Shown one piece after another: positions 25,371 through 38,927 of a DNA stretch of 63,845 nt. The translations under genes were made by a program, and so were the position numbers. The first letter of the stretch is position 1; every line of letters begins with the position of its first letter. The DNA lies in assembly GCA_964188305.1 (NCBI GenBank), contig OZ076885.1; one strand, given 5' to 3'. The DNA is from Podarcis bocagei. Lineage: Eukaryota. The notes under the pieces are model-generated. The model was not told where the DNA came from and did not search any database. It saw only the letters and a program-made list of their open reading frames with translations.

Positions 25371-27288
25371 GAAGTAGTTCAAGGACAGAAAGTAAGCAAA
25401 AACTGCTGCCCCTCCTTTCCTTCTCTCCCTTGGTTTCATTCAGCATGATGGAATGGGCATTGCTAGATCATAGCTGGGAAGAGAGAAAGCCTCATGGGGC
25501 AGTGCACTTTCATCAGAAGAGGAGAAGGATCGGGACTGGCCTGCTATGAATATCCTACCATCAATTCATGTCTATGCAGAGAATTGCAGAACTGTTGGTG
25601 GAATACTTACTTTTTAGTTTGCAAGGCTCTGCTTTGTATGGGAATTGTTCACCTGGAAGTCGATATATATTACTGACTAGGACCACTTCAGATATTGCTC
25701 TAGGAATTCAGAATTGTCGGACTCTCATCTGACTTTTCCACTTGATGTGCTTTTAAAGTAACTGAAACAAAACAATATTTAAAATGTGAGAGAGCAAAGT
25801 GTGCATTAACAAGTATATCTTTCAGGTAGATTGTGAGTCATTTTTTAATTATTGGTGTCTGCTTTTATCTAGAGTTTTGACTGTAAAGGGACACTCATGT
25901 TCTTCTCTGTATTCTGTGTTGTGCACTTTGAGATTAACTTCCAGGTCATTTCTGCATTTGTACAAAGTTATGTTCAATGCTAAAGAGCCCTCTAGCGACA
26001 CTGTATTGAAATTGCTTCTACTCTTTTCTTGCCAGCGTCCAATTAGGGTGTTTCTTAGAAAGCACTGAATCTGCAACCCGTTCCTTTAAAGTGTATAGAG
26101 AAAACCAAGTTATAACTTACGTTGCACACACATGCATCTCTGAATTGTCTACTCGGAAATCTGCAATGCTTTCCAAATTAGTCTTCTTTAAAACTAGCTA
26201 AATATGTGCTTTCTCATTTGAAATAATTATAAACAAAGCATTTTCCACATTGTGCAACAACCACAATAAGTTCTTCAATAAGGGATTTTAGCAGACCTGA
26301 TTATTTTTAGTTGTGGAATGTGTTGTGTAAATCATAAGAACTAGTGAAAACACTGTCATAATAGTGACGCTAAAATCTAGTTGTGATGTGCTTTTACTGA
26401 TTATGCTGAAAGCCCCTCATTTTAGTCTTGATACTTTAGCTCTGAAATATCGCAGGAAATTGAAGGTGTTTCAACAATATAAAATTACATAAAATACCAA
26501 GTCAATTAAATCTGATAATGAAAAAGGAACATTAGAGCAACAGCAAAAACAAAAAAACTCAATTCAATATCAAATGCTTGGAAAATTCTGCTAAAGTACA
26601 CATTGCATCTACTTTGCACCTCGGTGTTCCTGGTTCCATGTTTGCTGAGTACAAGCACACACACCCTGCAGCTCCTGCCCAGTACATTGTGCCCACTATT
26701 ACAACTGTTGGTGGCCAAGGTTCTCAGACTCCTGTCTGCTACTGAACAGTTAGTTCAACACTCTGTCAAGGGCATTTCTAGGCAAATTCTCCTGAATTCC
26801 CTAGCAACCAAAAGTCCATCTACCTGGATTCAGTATTAGCCTGTTAACTCTTATCCATTTGATCACAGCCTACAAACACTGGTTCAAAACAAATTCCATT
26901 TGGCACTGCCTGTAGCATCGTATAGGTACACTAATGTTTGGGGGACATGGAATTGACAAGAGACATGGGGACATTATATGCGCCAAAGCATGTACTACCA
27001 AGACATGATTGATTTCACACACAGTTCAGCAATGGATTAAGCAAGCCATGGCATGTTGTTTCCTGTGCGGTTGTACGTCTATATGTGGAAGGTTTATTGA
27101 AAGTATTTGTAAAGGAGTGGGCTGATTCCATACAGCTTTGACAGGTAAGAAATCGGTGTTTTAAATCTTCCCAGTTGCATTTCCCTTGCACTTCAGCTTC
27201 TGCTTTCTCACTTGTGAATTTCTAGAGCAAACTCTGTCCAGTTTGCGATGAGTAGGTTCCAAAGTGTTTTTTGTTTTTTTTCTCTTAG

Positions 27289-27543
27289 AAGACGGTAACT
27301 ACAGCTTCTATGATCACCACTAAGACACTACCTCTTGTCCTGAAAGCAGCAACAGCAACCATGCCTGCCTCCGTTGTGGGTCCAAGACCTACAATTGCCA
27401 TGGTGACTGCCATCAATAGCAACCAGAAAACTGTCCTTAGCACTGATGCACAGAACACGCCAGTCAACCTCCAGACAACAAATAAAGTCACTGGTCCAGG
27501 AACAGAGGCAGTTCAAATAGTGGCAAAAAATACAGTCACATTG
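27289..27543 (+). CDS. PHF21A: PHF21A coding exon ([20 protein letters not shown]...VAKNTVTL), 255 nt
   Basis: Near-identical to recalled PHF21A peptide; polypyrimidine+tag acceptor, gtaagc donor. Confidence 0.96.
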
Positions 27544-28776
27544 GTAAGCGGTCTTTGTTGCCTAGTGTTCTAAGGGCGTGAGCCATTTTTTAAAATTTCC
27601 CTTGTTGAAACAGAGATGTGTGCCCTTTTGGGCATATACACGTATTGAGAAACTTTGTTTAATGTGAGAAAATACTTTTGCTCTAATGGGTTTCAATTTT
27701 TAAAATAATTTACTACTTTAACAAATGATTACTATCATATCATATATTTTTCCTTGGTGTGCTGAAAGATAATTGACAATGCACCTTCACTCCAACTGTT
27801 TACAATGCTGTGCTTGCCAATAAAGGCATGTAGGACCATGCATGGACTTTCCTTATTTAGGTTATGGTTTTAAATATATGTTCCTTTCACTGCTTATATT
27901 AAAATTATTTTAATGAGGCTCACCAACGTTGTCTATTTCTTGCTGCTGCTGGACCCACAAAGAAATCATCCTGCATGACGGGATCTAGCCAGCATCTTCC
28001 TCAACCTGCACACGAGTCTTTCTCAGGGGCGCTTTTGTGACTAACCAGTAACTCTGATAATCAGTTTCACAAAGTGCTAAGCAGCTGAAGCCTGCAGAAA
28101 TGTAAAAATTAACTTGAGTGGAAAATATATCCTTGTGAGGGAGGCCAGGCTTTTAAACGGAGTTTTGCTGTTTAAATAAGAATTGATCCAGAGCTGCAGC
28201 TGTAACGAAATCCATTTATACCCTAAAGTATTTCACTCCCAAAGCAAATTACTGTATATGAAAACAGTGTTCTACACATTTAAGAGAGAACCAGAGTCCT
28301 AATGTACTAAATAATTTATCTAGTACCTAACATTTATCCTTCCAGCATTTTTGAATATTATTGTTTATGCCCTCTTATCAAATATTTCAAAACATCCCCC
28401 CAAGTTATGAAGCCTTAGCACAATTAAGCATCATGTGCAGCTCCACTTGAATGGGCAGCCAAACCTGATTATTCTTTGTGGTTATTTGTAGCGCTTTGAC
28501 TCATAAAACAAAGAGGAGAATTCAAAAATGTCAAGGATGAGGGCATATTTTTAAAAATAGTAGAGGTCTTGGGTTTTACATGCTGGTGAAACAAAAGGAT
28601 ACTTAGCTCCATTATGCCCATGAAATGCCGTTTTATTTCAGAATGGCTTGAAGAGCAAGAATTATTTACTGTGAGAAAGGTAGGCTGTGCCTGAATAGCT
28701 TTGAAGTTGCTCATCACGCCTATTCCCTTTGCTTAAATTTGTCTTCTTCCCACCCGCCCCCTCTTATTGTTAGCAG

Positions 28777-28863
28777 GTTCAAGCTACACCTCCTCAGCCC
28801 ATCAAAGTGCCACAGTTCATCCCTCCTCCCAGACTCACACCTCGTCCAAATTTTCTTCCACAG
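28777..28863 (+). CDS. PHF21A: PHF21A coding exon ([29 protein letters not shown]); alternative NAGNAG start at 28774 adds Gln
   Basis: Manual translation; acceptor tagcag, donor gtgagt. Confidence 0.96.
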
Positions 28864-30060
28864 GTGAGTTTGTCCAAAACAGGAAAAGGGGTAGGAGTGG
28901 GGAGTTTGTCCTAAAAGTGTGACTTTGATTGGAAGAAGTACAACACCAGATGTTTCGTATACCTGGTAATAATTGAACACTACCTAATATGCTTTCCAGA
29001 TTAAATCTCCAGCTTTGCTATCATATTTTTGTTTCCCTGTCAGCTCTCTACCTTGCACTAGTTCTGTAAGAACTGAATTAAAGACGAGATGATGAAGAAA
29101 TGCCTTGCTTGTTATAAGGTTATTGAGTGCTGAATATTTTTCATAGTTTCTTTGATTAAAGAGCCCCTATTTAATGTGAATCCTTAGCCTTTTTGTTAAG
29201 CAAAACGTAACTGTAATCTAATTAATATAGTTTCTAGCTTCTGCTCCTTTCTTCCAAAGAGGAGCAGATTTTATCTAGAAATAACTTGAGCTGCAACTTT
29301 TTGAAAAAAATCTGATCTTTTACCCAAAGATGAAGGCATTATGTAATAGATTGTTTGCAGTATTTTAAATTACTAGAATTAATTTAGTTGCTCTCTCTCT
29401 CAGAGGATGCCATCTGCATCTCATTGAAGCTACATCTCTTCTCCTACCCACACTGTTGATTTTTAATATAGTTGTTATTCAAATTCCTAGTTGTAATGTC
29501 AACAATCATTACCCAGTTATGAAAGAGAGGAAAGCGTGAAAATATTAACTGCTGCACTATAGATATGCCCATCCAATGCTCTAGTCACCTGCATTTAACC
29601 CAAAGAAAGTTAGTCGGGCTCAAAAATGTAATCCCTGATTGGAGGAGAGAGCTGTGTAATTCAGAAACTAGCTACTCTTGCCAATACAGTTGATCTAATA
29701 ATAAATTAGAATGCATAGCTATTTGTATCCAATTTAGACACCCTAGATTTTAGAAATACTTCAAATTAACAGACCTTTGAATTCCCCCAGATCTATCCAA
29801 AGATATTTTGGTAATGCAGTTGTATTTGATAACCTGCTTAGACTCCCCTCAACACTCAGTATTCCTTGAGAATATATCATTGCAAGTTGTGCTTCCAGAC
29901 CTGTGCTTCCAGAACCAGTATATCCTTTTAAAGTATGATTAACATTGAATATGTGAAGATACAAAATGTAACATACAAAATGATGACAGTATTGTAGAAA
30001 TGTACAAGAATGTGTGGTTAACATCTGCACACTAGCAGTTAATGCATAGTGCAGCCATTA

Positions 30061-30185
30061 CTAGCCTGGCAGCTTTCAAGTGTTTTGGACCACAATTCCC
30101 TTCAGCCACAATCACAATGGGATATTGTGAAGGAGAATGAAAATCGTAGTTCAAAACCTCTGGAGGACAGTAGGCTGTGGAAGGC
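30061..30185. mobile_element. Short decayed foldback (MITE-like) repeat
   Basis: tgttttggaccacaattccc...gtagttcaaaacctctggagg imperfect inverted arms. Confidence 0.45.
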
Positions 30186-30833
30186 GAACACAGTGCAACA
30201 ATCATAGCTGGAATTAAACAAGATTTGGGGCGGTTTTAAAAGTGTGGTAGGCCTGAAATGTACATGAGGGTTACATTCCAGGGATCTACTTGCAAAGACA
30301 AAATCATTCAACGTCAGGAAACCACACACCCAACCTGGAACTGCCTTCCTCTGCAAACCATTCCTACCCATCTTGATATCAGCGCACTGGGCAGGCAAGA
30401 TCTTGGGAGCCTTGCAGGGCCTTCGTGGACCCTCACGCAAGGACCCCTTCTGAGAGTCCTATAAATAAGGCAGAGGGCTTAAAAACTCTTTCCATGGCAG
30501 GAAAACTGGGTGCTGAAAGAGCCTTGTTTCCCAGGCTTTGGAAGGTCACATGAGGGCTCTGGAGGCTTTTGTGAGAGATTGTGTGGCCCCTTCTGACGGT
30601 TTTTCCAGTCTCCCACCCTCTTTCTATTTATTTTTTGTCGAGGTATGCAAGGCTGCAATTGTGTAAGTTTTGGGCCTACTGTAGTTCTTTCCAGTGCAGA
30701 TGTGTAGCACTATATAATACAAACACTATTGTAATCTGAGTCATATTTGTTGGCACAGCCATAAGTTATGTGTTAAGTACTATATCTTATCTATGCATGT
30801 GGTCTGATATGGGTTTCTCTCTCTCTTATGTAG

Positions 30834-31133
30834 GTTCGACCTAAACCTGTTGCCCAGAACAACATTCCTATCGCCCCTGCCCCACCTCCTCCTATGCTCG
30901 CTGCTCCTCAGCTTATTCAGAGGCCTGTGATGCTGACAACAAAATTCACACCCACCTCCTTACCTTCCTCTCAGAATTCCATACACCCAGTCCGTGTAGT
31001 GAATGGGCAAACAGCAACCATAGCCAAAACTTTTCCAATGGCACAACTCACCAGCATTGTTATAGCAGCCCCAGGTACCAGGCTTGCTGGACCTCAGACT
31101 CTACAAATCAGCAAACCAAATGTTGAGAAACAG
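30834..31133 (+). CDS. PHF21A: PHF21A coding exon ([15 protein letters not shown]...SKPNVEKQ), 300 nt
   Basis: Matches PHF21A; acceptor ctcttatgtag, donor gtacag. Confidence 0.96.
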
Positions 31134-32696
31134 GTACAGATGGAGAAATGCATTAGTAGTTTAAACTGTGAATCGTTTCCTTCTCCTAAAGACAATAGAA
31201 TTAATGGAGATGCAAATGCAATTAAACATAACATAAAACCTGTCCTCTCATTGCCTCTCCTGTGGTTAGCAATCTTGTGTGACCGAGAACAGTTCTGTGC
31301 CCACTAGCCCTTCCATACCAGCCATCCCATCCCCTTCCACCGCCACTTAGACTGTCCATATGTTGGAGAAGCCTGGGCACGCTCCCTGCACAATTTGGAA
31401 TAGGGATGGGTGGATCAGTCCATTTCCATCCTGTGTACATTTCCTGTGTGTGCTCATAGGTGTATTCCATCCTGTTTCCATATTAAGCTGAGCAGTTTTT
31501 AAAAGACTGTCCAAAACTCTGCATTTAAATACATAAATATGTATTTTAATATCAAAATATGTATTTAGTTGTGTATTTTCCAAAATGGCGTTTGGAAAGC
31601 CTATTTTATCCTGAAGCAAATTCCCATTTTTTAATGCATTTTGACACTTTTTTTTTGAGCCAAGAACGATATTGCAAAATTTGGAGAAGTGCAAAATCCA
31701 AAGTATAATTATGTTTCAATCTGTTTATTTAGTCTGGGAGGTGCATTTGCTTAAAAATGCAGGCCAAGTGAAATTTTCCTCCATCCCAAATTTATAATCC
31801 TGATTTCATTGGGTTCTATATCACAGGGGGCGGATACACATATAGGGTATGCTCTCCTGTTCAGAGGTTTCTTGCAATGTATGGATGGGGCAGGGTTGGC
31901 AGAAGAGGACGCGGGTGGACAAGCCAGCAACTGTTCTCTGTCTCATGCCAATCGTGAGATACAATGTGTGAATAGAGATGGCTGATAATACCTTGTTCCT
32001 CAGACAGGGATTGGGAATGTACCAATAATTCATAATGAGTGAGCAGTTAATTTGTGATTTTATATATAGTACACCAGAATAATTAAAATTTACTCGTTTT
32101 GTGCTTTTTCTGCTGCTTCAGCATGAAACATTAACCGTCAAATAATATTTATCCATAATCTTGCTGACATTTATGATGAAGCAGACATTCAGATGACTTA
32201 ATTACCATCAGTTTCAGCTAACCTTTTTTAAGTAGTTTATAACCCTGGACATTTGAGAATTTCCTCTAATTCCATCTATCAGATGTAGGCCTTTTTGTGC
32301 AAATGCACTTTAAACTGACCTTTGAGTCTACTGATCTGTATTCTCAAAAGCTTGCTTGGTTTCAGTCTTTTAAGCTTGACAAATTTGCCATGAGCAGTTA
32401 TTTTTTAAGTAGACAGAAGTGTGTCACCTTCCCCCCAAAACTTTTATTATCGTTCTCTCTTCAAAACACTCTGAAGCAGATTCAAGGTGATATGGCTCTG
32501 CAACAGGTGGCAATGTGCCAAGACTGGCCACAACTCTAGGTTTCATAGAAGCAAGGACCTTCAGCAAAAACCCTAGTACTTAAATGTGGAAGAAAAGCCT
32601 ATATGTAGAAACTGCCCTTCAGCCCTTATGTACTGAGGAAGGCTGCTTCCAGTCTGGTCATGGCTTTTCTTGTCATAAATAGGCAGAAAATTTTCT

Positions 32697-32864
32697 CAGT
32701 GCCGTAGCGTGGGGGGTGCAGGGGGGGCCGGCCGCACCAGGCGCAACATCTGGGGGTTAGGGTTAGGGGGCGCAAATCCACGGGTTAGGGGGTCAAATCC
32801 ACGGGTTAGGGGGCGCAAATTACTTGCCTTGCCCCGGGTGCTGACAACCCACGCTACGCCACTG
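32697..32864. mobile_element. hAT-type MITE containing TTAGGG repeats
   Basis: 17-bp TIRs CAGTGCCGTAGCGTGGG / CCCACGCTACGCCACTG (1 mismatch); 8-bp TSD AATTTTCT / AGTTTTCT. Confidence 0.85.
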
Positions 32865-33946
32865 AGTTTTCTCAAGTGTGAACAGAGCCAGACCTCTCTT
32901 TTCCACTTGCCAGTCTTAGGAATACACACACACACACACGTGTATTTATTTATAAAAAAGGTACATCCTCCTACTTTTATTTTCTAAGGGAGATGTCCAA
33001 AGTGGCCACCATCATTTCAAATAAAACAATTAAGAAACAAGGTTTCATCCTCACTTGTCAAACCATTGGTCTAGTTTGCGCAAGCCACAAACTATAGTTT
33101 AGTGTTAGGTTCTTGAGTTTCCCCCTCTGCTCTTCCAGCACAACTGCACTTATAGTGTTAGTTGTGGTTCATCCAAACAAGCAAGTGGGATCATACAGTC
33201 TAGTAGATGGGACCGAGAAGTAATTCAAAATAATTCACAATTTCAAACAATATGGTTCAAGTTATTTCTTTATGTTTCTCTTATTTCTGAGTAAACACAT
33301 TGAGAACATATTTGTCATCTTAGAACAGATGGATCTAATTTTGTGACGTCACAGCTATGTCATAAAGTGGGAATCATTGGGCAGGCACTTATGATGCAAT
33401 ATGCAGGGGATTATGACATCACTAAGCGAATGAGTTTCAGGAAAACCCAGCACTTGGGAATTCTGGAGAACTTATCTTCAGGCAAATTCTTGTTATAGTG
33501 AATAATGAATGAGAGAGATGCAAGGTGCATCTCTCAGGCAGATTGTTGTCTGGACAAGCTTTTCATGGAATGTTATTCCACAAAACGTCATCCCATCTGT
33601 AGTTATTCTGTTTATCAGGTCTCTCTTATACATATCCCCTCTTACCCACGTCTTAGATGCAAAGTTATTGTTATTACATGATCTAGTTGCTGAATTGGGC
33701 TACTTAAGTGTTGCAGTTGTACCCTTGATGTTCTAAATAGTAATTTTTATTTGGGATTGTGTTTTCACTACTTAAAATGTACCTTACCACACTTTTTAAA
33801 GGAGCTCTTGGGGAAAATGTTTAGTGTATTGTTCGGATTCATTTCCATCCATTTCTTCATTTTGGTAAAGAAAAACACTGGCCGCTGTTTCTGTTTGTTT
33901 AGGAATTTAAGAAACCTGTGTTCACTTGCTGTTGTTTCCCTTTCAG

Positions 33947-34045
33947 ACTATCAAGCCCCAAGCAGAAACAGAGGAGAAGCCAACAGAGATTCATACAGTT
34001 GCTCCTCCTGCACCACCCAAACCAAAACGAGAAGAAAACCCACAG
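33947..34045 (+). CDS. PHF21A: PHF21A coding exon (TIKPQAETEEK...PKPKREENPQ), 99 nt
   Basis: PKPKREENPQ motif; acceptor ccctttcag, donor gtacta. Confidence 0.94.
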
Positions 34046-35203
34046 GTACTAGTACAAATATCTACAATATCCTTTTGTGGGGTTGTGCAGATTCAAAAAA
34101 AAAATCTGTCTTTAGAAATGCTTGTTTTCATCTACATTTTAATGCCACTTTTCCTCTTAAAAGAGATTCACATTCTTCACAGCGTTATTGCTGCAGTGAA
34201 GAGGTCTATATGTCTGAGGAATGCTAAATCTAGCCACAAATTCCAGTTCACCAAATATTTTCAGGGCTAGAAGAAAGAATGCAAGAGCATTATATAATAT
34301 ATTATGATAATGACACTTAAGGGTGTTCAAAGTGCTTCATGTTTTCTTAGTAATTTTTGCAATAACCCTGTAATGGTTAGGAGGCTGAAAGAATCTAGCC
34401 TTGCTTTAAGTTCTTGCCTAAGGTAAGGCTTGAACAGTGGCTTTTCCAGCTCTCTCTACTGTTCTGTATACATAGAAATCCCAAATTATCCTTAGCTCTT
34501 TTGAGTGTTCAGATTGCATCACGCACGGCAACTTCTCCAATCCCACAGGGACATTTTAAACATGTTTCGGATGGCCTTGTTTGACTAAGGAAAAGTTGTA
34601 TTTGCTGGTGCCGTGACTCCCCCTCCCCTTTGCAAAGGTAGCATGGGGGCTTAAGGATGTCACAAGAGACTTTGTGCATGGATGCCCAATATACTCATCC
34701 TACACACAACAAACACACACTGGCCTTTCCTGAAAGCTGAGAGTGTCCTGACAAGTGTCTCCAGCCCTCCCTTCACCTTTCCTATTTCCAAAGATGAAAA
34801 ATCTCACAATTATGGTTTGTATAACAAATAATAAGACCCAAATTATATTCACATAGTAGCTATATTGTACTGGTACATGTTTTAATACCTGTACAAATTT
34901 AACAATAAAGCTACAGCTCGCTGGTAACCATCCATTTCAACAAATAGGGTTTTTGTTTAATCAAGCTCCTGAACATTTGCATCATGTAAGTTTGAAAATA
35001 ACACATTATAAATAACATAAATGCCTGTGGATTTATTTTGTTTTCTGTGGGACAATGACACATTTAAGTGAGTGTGTGAAGGTTCCCCCAGCTGTTAGAA
35101 AAGAGAGATTGGGTGAGTTTATTCTTTCCTTGGGTGAGTGGAGTTATAATAGCATTTCAGACAGCTTGTTTTCCAAGAATACCTGCAACTCAGAAAAACA
35201 CTT

Positions 35204-35338
35204 CTGATGAAATGGACTTTAGTCCACAGAAGCTTCTACCATAATAGATTTGTGAGTCTTCAATGTGCCACAATTCTTTCTTTTCTTTTCTTTTTCTTTT
35301 TGTTGCGAGAGGTTAACATAGCTATCACCCTGCAAATC
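35204..35338 (+). mobile_element. Older degenerate Penelope-like end with a decayed hammerhead motif
   Basis: CTGATGA-AA-TGGAC-ttta-GTCCA-C-AGAA-GCTT followed by sequence resembling the tail of the palindromic copies. Confidence 0.55.
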
Positions 35339-36396
35339 TTTCAGAAAGCGCAAGCTAAGAAACCTGGATTCTGGCAGCTTGAGCAACACACAAAATCAAC
35401 TGGAACTAGTGAATCTCCCTCGGGGCCCATTTAGACAATATTCTACCATCAAAATTCTGATATTTTTTTAAGGGGGAGATCTTGGTTTCCCCTCTGCACA
35501 GGGAGAAGATATTAAATGAGCCAAGAGACTTCACTTTTTACTAATTTACTTACCGTAGTATTGTCAGAATCTGAAATGCTTTTTTGCTCCACTGTGGCTG
35601 TCCTTTTGCAGTCCATGTGATTCATGTACAGTGAAAGGGAATGAGGCCAAACATTGTCACACAGGTCTAGTCTCTTGAATTCTAAAACATGGTTAATGGA
35701 GTTAAGAAATCATAGACTGCAAATACTTGACCTGAACAGTTGTGCTAGATGAGATGAAAGTGAACTACTGCTTTTTGAATCTCACGGTTCTCATGCCCTA
35801 AAACTTTTTATAGCAGTCTAAGAATAGCATAACTTGGCTGTCTCTTTAAAATAGATACATACAGCTGTGATGTTCTGCGCAAACAGCTTATGCAGCAATC
35901 ATCTGGACAGTTCAGAAATCCTTGCTTGTGCTGGAAGGCTTCCATGTTTTCAGGTTTTGAGTAATCTCCAGTTAGATAACTATGGCTTTCATAATTCAAA
36001 TCACACTATGTTCTATTTTCATTTTCATAAAGTATAATGTTATTTATTATTTTATTCATTTATACATTGCTTGATTGTAAAAACAAACAAACCTCAAAGC
36101 AATTTACAAAACGATAAACCATAAAATCACGAGAATTTTACAATATATCTGATGCACATGCAAGTTTATACAGGGATTTTTTTTTTAATTTTTCAAATTA
36201 GTTTTGAATGGACAGCAAAGGCCTAGGGTGCAGCTGAACTGTTAGGTTCAGAGTTGGGGGCTATTTGTAAATAGTGGTCAGAGGAAGCTGAAATGCAGAG
36301 AAGTACAGACAGTGTATCTAATTAGCAGTGATAATTCACAAAGCAGTTGTTGGTAATACAGACATCCTAGCATAGTTATGCTAATTATCTTACTCA

Positions 36397-36512
36397 AAAT
36401 AAAAAAATTCCTTCCTGTAGCACCTTAAAGACCAACTTAGTTGGTCTTTAAGGTGCTACAGGAAGGAATTTTTTTATTTTGACTATGGCAGACCAACACG
36501 GCTACCTATCTG
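36397..36512. mobile_element. Palindromic Penelope-like remnant, copy 2, lacking the central ribozyme part
   Basis: Perfect 44-bp arms 36394-36437 / 36439-36482; same tail as copy 3; direct repeat TATCTTACTCA at 36386-36396 and 36513-36523. Confidence 0.8.
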
Positions 36513-36662
36513 TATCTTACTCAGTATGCTAACAAATATTTTGTCTTAGGTCAGTCCACAAGTGATAGCAATGTGCTTGATGTATTGTAATTCAGCAGTT
36601 ACAGGTGCAGCTAGTTTTAAATTGGTGTTTCTCTGCAGCAACACTTGTGTCTGCATCTTTTA

Positions 36663-38927
36663 TTTTATTTTTTAAAAATTTTTTATTGCAAGTTTCAAAC
36701 AAAGAAAAATCACCAAACATATACAATACCTTCACCAAGGAGTAACGAACAAAGAACAACATAAATAAACAGAAACATGAACATAAAGTAAAGAAAATCA
36801 TAACTTTTCATAACACATTTCTTCATAACTAACTGGACTTCCTCTCATCTCCCTTCCCTGCATTCTCAGTAATAAAGTTATATACAGCAATTTATTACCT
36901 TATTTCAGATCTTATTTTGTACTTCTCAGATATTATGTCTCAAACTTCAAATAATTTTTGTCAAATACTTATCAGCTTAGTTTAAACATAATATTACTTC
37001 AAATTTAATCCTTTTCTTAAACATCGCTTAGTCTCATGTGTCTTTCAACTAAATTGCTGGTACCATGTTATTTTCAATCGTGCAATTTCTTAACATTCAT
37101 ACAGTTTGTACTGTTTTGTAAATAGTCCTCAAACTTTTTCCAGTCCTCTTCCATTGTCTCTTCTCCCAAGTCTCGGATTCTGCCAGTCATTTCAGCCAAC
37201 TCCATATAGTCTATCAGTTGCGTCTGCCATTCTTCCAGTGTGGGCAAATCTTGTGTCTTCCAATATTTTGCGATGAGTATTCTTGCTGCTGTTGTTGCAT
37301 ACATAAAAAAAGTTCTGTCATTCTTTAACACTTTCTGGCCTACAATGCCCAAGAGGAAGGCCTCTGGTTTCTTAGGGAAGGTATACTTAAATACCTTTTT
37401 TAGCTCATTATAAATCATTTCCCAGAAGGCCTTCACTCTTGGACAAGTCCACCAGAGGTGAAAGAATGTTCCTTCAGTCTCCTTACATTTCCAACATCTA
37501 TTATCATGCAAATGGTATATTTTTGCAAGCTTGACTGGGGTCATGTACCAGCTATATCTCATTTTCATAATATTTTCTTTCAAGGCATTACATGCCGTGA
37601 ACTTCACACTGGTGGTCCATAACCGTTCCCAGTCAGCAAACATAATGTTGTACCTAATGTCCTGAGCCCATTTTATCATGGCTGATTTAACTGTTTCATC
37701 TTGAGTGTTCCATTTTAACAGCAAGTTATACATTTTTGAAAGTACCTTAGTCTTAGATTCTAACAATTCTGTTTCTAATTTCGATTTTTCCACCTGGAAA
37801 CCTATATTTTTGTCCAAATTAAAAACCTCCTTAATCTGAGCGTAATGTAACCAATCTCGCACTTTGTCTTTTATTTTCTCCAGACTCTGCAACCTCCAAG
37901 TATCTTCAACTTTTTCTATTATTTCCCAATACTTCGGCCATACGGCCTCCATATTGAGTCTTTTCCAAGCCTTAGCTTCCATTGGTGATAACCACCTTGG
38001 GGTCTTATTTTCTAATAAGTCTTTGTATTTTATCCAGACATTAAATATTGCTTTCCTGACAATATGGTTCTTGAAAGTTTTATGAACCTTTACCTTGTCG
38101 TACCACAAATAAGCATGCCATCCAAAAGCATTGTTAAACCCTTCCAGATCCAGGACATCAGTGTTCTCAATAAGTAACCAATCTTTCATCCAGCAGAAAG
38201 CTGCAGCTTCATAATATAACCTTAAGTCCGGCAGGGCAAACCCCCCTCTTTCCTTTGCATCAGTTAGTATTTTAAATTTTATTCTGGGCTTTTTGCCCTG
38301 CCAGACAAACTTAGAGATATCTCTCTGCCACTTTCCAAAACATTCCACTCTGTCCACAATCTGTAGGGTCTGAAACAAAAATAACATCTTTGGCAACACA
38401 TTCATCTTAATAGCAGCAATTCGTCCCAACAAGGAAAGCTTCAATCTTGACCAAGTTTCTAAGTCCTTTTTGATTTCTGACCAACACTTTTCATAATTGT
38501 CCTTAAATAAATTCAAATTTTTGGCAGTCAAGTTAACCCCTAGGTATTTCACCTTTTTAACCACATTTAAATCTGTCTCTTTCTGAAACCTTTCTGATTC
38601 CAAAGGTGTCAAATTTTTCCCCAAAACCTTGGTTTTTTGCTTATTTAATTTAAATCCCGCCACCCGACCAAACTCATGAATCAATTCTAGAACTCTTTTC
38701 GTACTAGATTCTGGCTCCTGTAGTGTTAAAACCAGGTCGTCTGCGAAGGCTTTAAGTTTGTACTGTTTAACTCCGACCTGTATCCCTTCAACCAACCGAT
38801 CCCCTCTAATCATATTCAAGAGCACCTCCAGGACCGATATAAATAACAGAGGGGAAATAGGGCAGCCTTGTCGTGTTCCTTTTTCAATTTTAAACTCTTC
38901 TGTCACCACATTGTTAACTATCAAGTT
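36663..38927 (-). mobile_element. 5'-truncated L1 LINE, antisense in a PHF21A intron
   Basis: ORF2 C-terminal part, 3'UTR and A-rich tail near 36663-36690; TSD TCTGCATCTTTTA at 36650-36662 and 38928-38940; TTTT/AA endonuclease site at 38936-38941. Confidence 0.93.
37074..38927 (-). pseudogene. L1 ORF2 fragment (partial reverse transcriptase plus C-terminal Cys-rich region)
   Basis: GTRQGCPISPLLF, FADD, KYLG, SLLGRI, GGFALPD and CWKC...HLWWTC motifs; over 600 codons without a stop. Confidence 0.92.
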
